From NCBI GenBank assembly GCA_963833575.1, contig CAWHXY010000004.1:768001-832000 (forward strand): 64,000 bases of DNA. The letters run 5' to 3'. Both the position numbers and the translations under genes were made by a program. Below, piece after piece: positions 58,921 to 64,000 of the stretch; positions within the stretch are counted from its first letter, which is position 1, and the number at the start of each line of letters is the position of its first letter. The notes under the pieces are model-generated. The model ran no database searches. It saw only the letters and a program-made list of their open reading frames with translations, and had not been told where the DNA came from. This DNA comes from Candidatus Bathyarchaeota archaeon. GTDB lineage: Archaea > Thermoproteota > Bathyarchaeia > Bathyarchaeales > Bathycorpusculaceae.

Positions 58921-59585
58921 ATTTAGAGCTCTTTCTCTCGAAAATTGCTCCTCAGCCTACTCCACAGGTGAGTTTTGAACAATACACTATTTCTGAGTCG
59001 GTTGCATCAACCATGCTGTACCTAGCGGCTTACACAAATAATGATATTGTTGGAAAAAAAGTGGTTGATTTAGGCTGTGGAACAGGCAGACTTGCTATTG
59101 GCGCGTCTTATCTTGGCGCAAAAACAGTTGTTGGGATTGACTTTGATAAGTTGGCTATAAAAACTGCAGTGAAAAACTCGTTAGAAACTGGTTTATCCAA
59201 AAAAGTTCAATGGGTTAATGGTGATATCCATTCCGTTATGGGCAATTTTGACACGGTTTTACAAAACCCACCTTTTGGGGTCCAAAAACGTAAGGCTGAC
59301 AGAGCATTTTTAGTAAAGGCTTTGGAAGTTGGTAGTTCCATTTATTCTTTACATAATCATCCAGAGACCGATATGCGGTTAATTAAGCAGCTTAAGTCAA
59401 GTGGCGGCTTTTTGCAGGTTTCGCCTTCGCCCTTCTTGGAGAGGTTTGTTTCACAGCATAATGGATTCGTAAAATCAGTTTATACTATGCTTATGACTAT
59501 ACCTCGCATGTTTGATTTTCACACGAAGCTTAAGCACGATTTTGTTGTTGACCTGTATTTTATCAAAAATGTCAGCGATAAATAG
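58881..59585 (+). CDS. METTL5-family methyltransferase
   Basis: EQY, DLGCGTG and NPPFG motifs. Confidence 0.9.
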   Translation: MGEPAQKRIIRKLDLELFLSKIAPQPTPQVSFEQYTISESVASTMLYLAAYTNNDIVGKKVVDLGCGTGRLAIGASYLGAKTVVGIDFDKLAIKTAVKNSLETGLSKKVQWVNGDIHSVMGNFDTVLQNPPFGVQKRKADRAFLVKALEVGSSIYSLHNHPETDMRLIKQLKSSGGFLQVSPSPFLERFVSQHNGFVKSVYTMLMTIPRMFDFHTKLKHDFVVDLYFIKNVSDK

Positions 59586-59708
59586 CATTTTCCGTAGTAG
59601 AATTAGAGTTAATTTGTGTATTCATCAAAAGGTTTATTGATGGGCATGGAAACTTAGGATATGCATTATCACAAGGGTTCAGCTTATTTAACATAAAAGG
59701 GAATTATC

Positions 59709-60293
59709 ATGACTTTAAACTCACCCGAACAAAAAACTGGGCGTTTAGTGGTGCCTGGAGAACGCTTAGGCGTTATTGAAGAGTTTATTCCAGACTCCGG
59801 AACATACGTTAAAGACGGTGTTATCTACTCTAAAGTAATAGGTCGAGCTTTAATCGACTTACAAAACAGACGTGTTTCAGTTTATCCACTCGTTAAAGAT
59901 GAACTTGTCCCGAAAGCTTCAAGCATCGTTATAGGGCAAATTGGTAATGCTCAATCAGATAACGTCTTAGTAAAAATCTTTAAGTTAAACAACAAAAATC
60001 TCTCGGGCGAATTCAGCGGTATCTTGCATGTTTCCGACGTTTCTGATAGGTATGTCGATATGATGAGTGATGTCGTTAAGCCTGGTGACATTGTTAGAGC
60101 TAAAGTTATTAGTTCAAAAAACCGCGTTTATCATCTGTCAACTAACGACAAGAACTTAGGAATAATGTACGCTTTTTGTTCTCGATGCAGCACTCTGCTG
60201 GAACACCAGCGCTATGATGAATTGCGTTGTCCAAAATGCGGCAACATAGAAAAACGTAAAATTTCGCCAGATTATGGAAAAGAACCGTTATAA
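59709..60293 (+). CDS. csl4: Exosome RNA-binding protein Csl4
   Basis: VVPGERLGVIEEF, S1 domain GDIVRAKV and Zn ribbon CSRC...CPKCGNIEKRK. Confidence 0.92.
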   Translation: MTLNSPEQKTGRLVVPGERLGVIEEFIPDSGTYVKDGVIYSKVIGRALIDLQNRRVSVYPLVKDELVPKASSIVIGQIGNAQSDNVLVKIFKLNNKNLSGEFSGILHVSDVSDRYVDMMSDVVKPGDIVRAKVISSKNRVYHLSTNDKNLGIMYAFCSRCSTLLEHQRYDELRCPKCGNIEKRKISPDYGKEPL

Positions 60294-60310
60294 CAAAGGA
60301 GAAATGATTG

Positions 60311-60592
60311 ATGAAAATAAAAGTACTAACACGATCGGGTAATGAGCTTAAAATTGAAATTGAAGGCGGCACGCACGGTATTTGTAACCTCGTTCAGAAG
60401 AGACTTCTAGAGGATAAAACTGTTGAGTTTGCTGGTTATGATGTTCCGCATCCTTTGGCGTCAAGCCCTGTTATTTATGTTAGGATGAAAGGTGACACTA
60501 AGCCTGAAGCTGCCTTAATCAAGGCTGTTGAAAAGGTTCGCGAGACAAATGATGCTTTTAGCAAAGAGTTAGATCGTGTTCTAAAGCCTTAA
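60311..60592 (+). CDS. rpo11: RNA polymerase subunit Rpo11 (L)
   Basis: IEGGTHGICN and FAGYDVPHPL. Confidence 0.92.
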   Translation: MKIKVLTRSGNELKIEIEGGTHGICNLVQKRLLEDKTVEFAGYDVPHPLASSPVIYVRMKGDTKPEAALIKAVEKVRETNDAFSKELDRVLKP

Positions 60593-60778
60593 TTATTTCA
60601 TTAAATTTTCCTCAAGTTTTCTTGTCAAATTGATTCTTTTTCGATCCATTAGAGCCCGTTAAGTTTCTAGGTTTTCTTATGATTAATTCCCCAAAATAAT
60701 CAGGTTTTCAAAGTTATGTCTAATTGATTGATGTCTAAATTTAAAAGTAAAATAAACATTATCATTTTAAGGTAAAAG

Positions 60779-61357
60779 TTGGAAGCTAAAGAGTTTCGAG
60801 CTATAAAATCTGAAATCCGCGTGCTCGGAGTAGATGATGGCAAATTTGTTCCGCGCACACAAGGAAACGTATTGATTGTTGGAGTTGTCTTGCGAGGCGG
60901 CTGTTGGCTCGAAGGAGTAATGCATACTAGCGTTGCAATTGATGGTTTTGACTCCACTGAACAGATAGAGTTAATGATTAACAGTTCATCACACTGCAAG
61001 CAATTGCGTTTGGTTATGTTAAATGGGATAACATTTGGTGGCTTTAACATAGTTGATATCAACAAGCTCAGTTTAGCGACAAGCCTTCCAGTTATAGCCT
61101 TGATGCGTAAAAAACCTGATCTGGACGCGATTCGTAAGGCGCTTAATAATTTGCCCCGAGGTGATGAACGCTTGAAAATGATTCTTGCCGCTGGAAAACT
61201 TCTAGAGGTAAAGTGCAGAGGCAAGAGTATTTACATGGAGATAGCTAGGATTTCTGAAAGTGACGCTAGAAAGGTTGTTGAGTTAACGGCGACAAGAAGC
61301 CTGATTCCTGAACCTTTGCGGGTTGCACATCTGATTGCATCAGGAGTTACTACTTGA
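60779..61357 (+). CDS. DUF99 endonuclease-V-like protein
   Basis: RVLGVDDG, GITFGGFN and PEPLRVAHLIA motifs. Confidence 0.88.
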   Translation: MEAKEFRAIKSEIRVLGVDDGKFVPRTQGNVLIVGVVLRGGCWLEGVMHTSVAIDGFDSTEQIELMINSSSHCKQLRLVMLNGITFGGFNIVDINKLSLATSLPVIALMRKKPDLDAIRKALNNLPRGDERLKMILAAGKLLEVKCRGKSIYMEIARISESDARKVVELTATRSLIPEPLRVAHLIASGVTT

Positions 61358-61431
61358 TTAGGTCCGAATTAGAAAAAGTTTAAAAGGTACAATGCTAAGG
61401 GAATCCGAAACGGATAGAGAAGTGACGGTAT

Positions 61432-61785
61432 ATGGAATTCTGCCCTAAATGTGGATCGCGTCTTGAACCAAAGAAATCTAAGAGTGGAAAAGACGCTTCG
61501 TTAGTTCTCGCGTGCCCCAAATGCGGATATAAAAAGCCAGAAGGTGGCGAAGCGGAGACGAAAGTGGCACCGAAAGTTATCCAACATAGTCCCCAGCAAC
61601 TTGTTGCAGTCATCGGCAAAGAAGAGCAGAAATTAAGTACATTACCAACAGTGCGGATCGAATGTCCAAGATGCGGAAACAACAATGCTTATGTTTGGCA
61701 AGTCCAAACGCGGGGAGCGGATGAATCTTCGACTCAGTTTCTACGCTGCACCAAGTGCAATTACACCTTTAGAGAATATAGCTAA
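61432..61785 (+). CDS. tfs: Transcription factor S
   Basis: FCPKCG and CPRCGN...QTRGADE...CTKC. Confidence 0.95.
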   Translation: MEFCPKCGSRLEPKKSKSGKDASLVLACPKCGYKKPEGGEAETKVAPKVIQHSPQQLVAVIGKEEQKLSTLPTVRIECPRCGNNNAYVWQVQTRGADESSTQFLRCTKCNYTFREYS

Positions 61786-61950
61786 ACTTTTTCTTTTTAT
61801 TTCTTAAGTATTCTATTTTGATTCTTGTAGACGCAATATTCTGTTAAGGCGTGGTTTTTGTTCGACTAGAACAACTTATTTATTAGCACAATGTGTAATC
61901 ATAAGCTATATAATTCACAATAATATGCAATATCGAGGAAGAGAAATAAC

Positions 61951-62706
61951 ATGTTCAAGCTTAAAGTGTCTGATGCTAAATTATTAAGAGACATGGCTAC
62001 TGCCATATCAATTCTTGTTGATGAAGCTACATTCAAAATTGACCCTGACGGTTTGAAATTACGCGCAATGGATCCTTCACGCGTTGCCATGATTGATTTT
62101 GAATGGCCAAAAACCATCTTTCAAGAATACATTTCTACAGATCCAACGAAAATGTGCATCAACATAAGCGAACTGCTAAAACTTCTCAAACGTGCTGGAA
62201 GAGATGAAGCAGTTGAGTTATCTCTTGATGATAAAACTGGACGATTACAAATTACAATAACAGGTAAATATAGTCGCAACTTTACGATGCCCACTTTGGA
62301 AGCTTCAGAAGAAGAAGTTCCAACTCCAAAAATAACCTTTAACGTTAAGGCTAAAACTACAACACAAGGCTTAAGCCAAGCCATAGAAGACGCCCAACTA
62401 GTAAGCGATCATGTTCGAATTGAAGCTGAACCTGAAAAACTAACACTTAGCGCTTCGGGCGACTTGATGGGAGCCACTATAACTCTTCAAAAAGGCAATG
62501 ATGCTCTTCTTGATTTAGAAGTAAAAGAAAATGCAAAAGCAACATTCAGTCTAAGCTATCTTTCAGAAATAATTAAGGCTGCATCAGCCACATCTGACAT
62601 TGCAACGCTAGAATTCTCCAGCGATATGCCAGTAAAAATTGATTTTCAACAGACAAAAGAGGGAAGGCTAACTTTCTTCTTGGCGCCAAGAATCGAAACA
62701 GAATAA
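61951..62706 (+). CDS. pcn: PCNA sliding clamp
   Basis: AMDPSRVAM and FFLAPRIE motifs. Confidence 0.96.
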   Translation: MFKLKVSDAKLLRDMATAISILVDEATFKIDPDGLKLRAMDPSRVAMIDFEWPKTIFQEYISTDPTKMCINISELLKLLKRAGRDEAVELSLDDKTGRLQITITGKYSRNFTMPTLEASEEEVPTPKITFNVKAKTTTQGLSQAIEDAQLVSDHVRIEAEPEKLTLSASGDLMGATITLQKGNDALLDLEVKENAKATFSLSYLSEIIKAASATSDIATLEFSSDMPVKIDFQQTKEGRLTFFLAPRIETE

Positions 62707-62716
62707 GGGCTTCAAA

Positions 62717-63739
62717 TTGCAAATGGATTCGGCATTATCTTCTGAAGATTTTGCCAAATACCCTTTTTTGAAACACGCCTCAAAACAGATAGAAGAACTC
62801 CAATTTACAATCGGAACGTTGTCTTCAGAAAAACAGGTTTTTGACCGCGCTAAAAATCGCGCTGAAAAAGCTATTTTGGAAACGAGTACTGGTGAAGCCG
62901 TTAGGGATAAAAGAGCTGAAATTTCATCTTTTGCAGCAGCATTAATTTTGATTATTGCGACTAAGAATTCGTGGATAAAAAAAAGATATGCTCTATCTAT
63001 CGCAAAAACGGCGCATATACAGATGCTTGCCGAGAATAAAGGAAAAATTTTTGCTATCGCCCAAGACTTTGGTTGGGATATCGGAGAAGGCGCCTTTGGA
63101 AAGGATTTTCGTATTGGGTTTAGTTTCTACTTGAAGAATGCTGCTCATATGCATGGTTCAGAGTGGAAGCTCGTTAATCAAATCATGGATAAGGGCATGG
63201 TCTTTCTAAATAAAGACAAAATTGTTCGCCTGCTACAAGAAGAAGTAAAGAATCGGGTAGAAAAACGGCTCGACGTTCCAGAAATCAAAAACCTTCCTCC
63301 AGAGATAACTTTGATCGCTGAAGGATTAATAAAATCGGCGCAGACGATAATGGGACAAGAAATTGAAGACATACCCAAAGTAGTCGTGCAAGCAGCTTTT
63401 CCGCCCTGTATTAACGCAATTTACGAGGCGGCATCTGTAACCCATCATCTTTCCCAAATGGAACGTTTTACACTGACGTCCTTTCTTTTAAACATTGGAA
63501 TGTCTTCGGAAAAAGTGAGTGAACTCTATAAGAGTTTTTCAGACTATAATGAAAGGTTAACTCGGTATCAAATTGAACATATTGCAGGAGAGCGGGGTTC
63601 TGGAACACGATATACTCCTCCACAATGCTCTATTTTGCAAACGCATGGCCTCTGTAAAGGCAGGGATGATCTGTGCCATCGAATTTATCATCCGCTTGCT
63701 TATTATAAGCGAAAACAACTCCTGGCAGGAGCTAATTAG
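62717..63739 (+). CDS. priL: DNA primase large subunit
   Basis: AKYPF, WKLVNQ, FPPCI, YQIEHIAG, YTPPQC and HPLAYY motifs. Confidence 0.93.
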   Translation: MQMDSALSSEDFAKYPFLKHASKQIEELQFTIGTLSSEKQVFDRAKNRAEKAILETSTGEAVRDKRAEISSFAAALILIIATKNSWIKKRYALSIAKTAHIQMLAENKGKIFAIAQDFGWDIGEGAFGKDFRIGFSFYLKNAAHMHGSEWKLVNQIMDKGMVFLNKDKIVRLLQEEVKNRVEKRLDVPEIKNLPPEITLIAEGLIKSAQTIMGQEIEDIPKVVVQAAFPPCINAIYEAASVTHHLSQMERFTLTSFLLNIGMSSEKVSELYKSFSDYNERLTRYQIEHIAGERGSGTRYTPPQCSILQTHGLCKGRDDLCHRIYHPLAYYKRKQLLAGAN

Positions 63740-63785
63740 TTAACATTTATTAATTGAACGCCACAGTAAAATAAATAGAATTCAT

Positions 63786-64000
63786 ATGAATTATCAATTA
63801 ATTGGAAATGATCAGCTTAGCTCACAGATTGGGATAATCTTACCCACTTATCGAGAAGAGGAGAACATTTCCAAACTAATTGAAGCCATTGAAAACTTAA
63901 AAATTGATGCTTCAATTCTTGTTATTGACGATTCAAGCCCTGATGGAACTGCTGAAATCGTAAAGGAAAAACAATGCAAATACAACAATATCCGTTTAAT
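63786..64000 (+). CDS. GT2 polyprenol-phosphate mannosyltransferase-like protein (3' partial)
   Basis: IILPTYREEENI and VIDDSSPDGT; runs off the window end. Confidence 0.85.
   Translation, partial: MNYQLIGNDQLSSQIGIILPTYREEENISKLIEAIENLKIDASILVIDDSSPDGTAEIVKEKQCKYNNIRL

Overview
Archaeal chromosomal window, most likely Bathyarchaeia (inferred from PolD DP1/DP2 together with Elf1, the gene order, and large paralogous secreted beta-propeller-like proteins). The left part (1-27.2 kb) is core chromosome around a predicted replication origin: DP1 and cdc6, three ORB boxes with an AT-rich spacer, then three uncharacterised HTH-type genes embedded in dense, partly helically phased GTGAT/GTGAA arrays. 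One of these genes extends, without a canonical start codon, into a membrane anchor + coiled coil + winged helix protein. The middle part (27.2-46.8 kb) is accessory: a decaying pirin/thioredoxin/dioxygenase operon, an orphan frameshifted terminase next to a tRNA-3'-end remnant, a 7TM + wHTH pair, two ~100 kDa secreted membrane-anchored proteins with near-identical promoters, three copies of a ~110-nt structured element closed by a bulge-helix-bulge-like stem, a box C/D sRNA and an ABC transporter. The right part (46.9-64 kb) holds conserved translation, transcription and replication genes (SRP54 to priL). The two best candidates for undescribed systems are (1) the oriC-adjacent membrane-tethered wHTH plus phased repeat arrays, a possible origin anchoring or segregation module, and (2) the repeated BHB-like RNA element carrying an anti-Shine-Dalgarno tract. 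All calls were made by eye; no searches were run.
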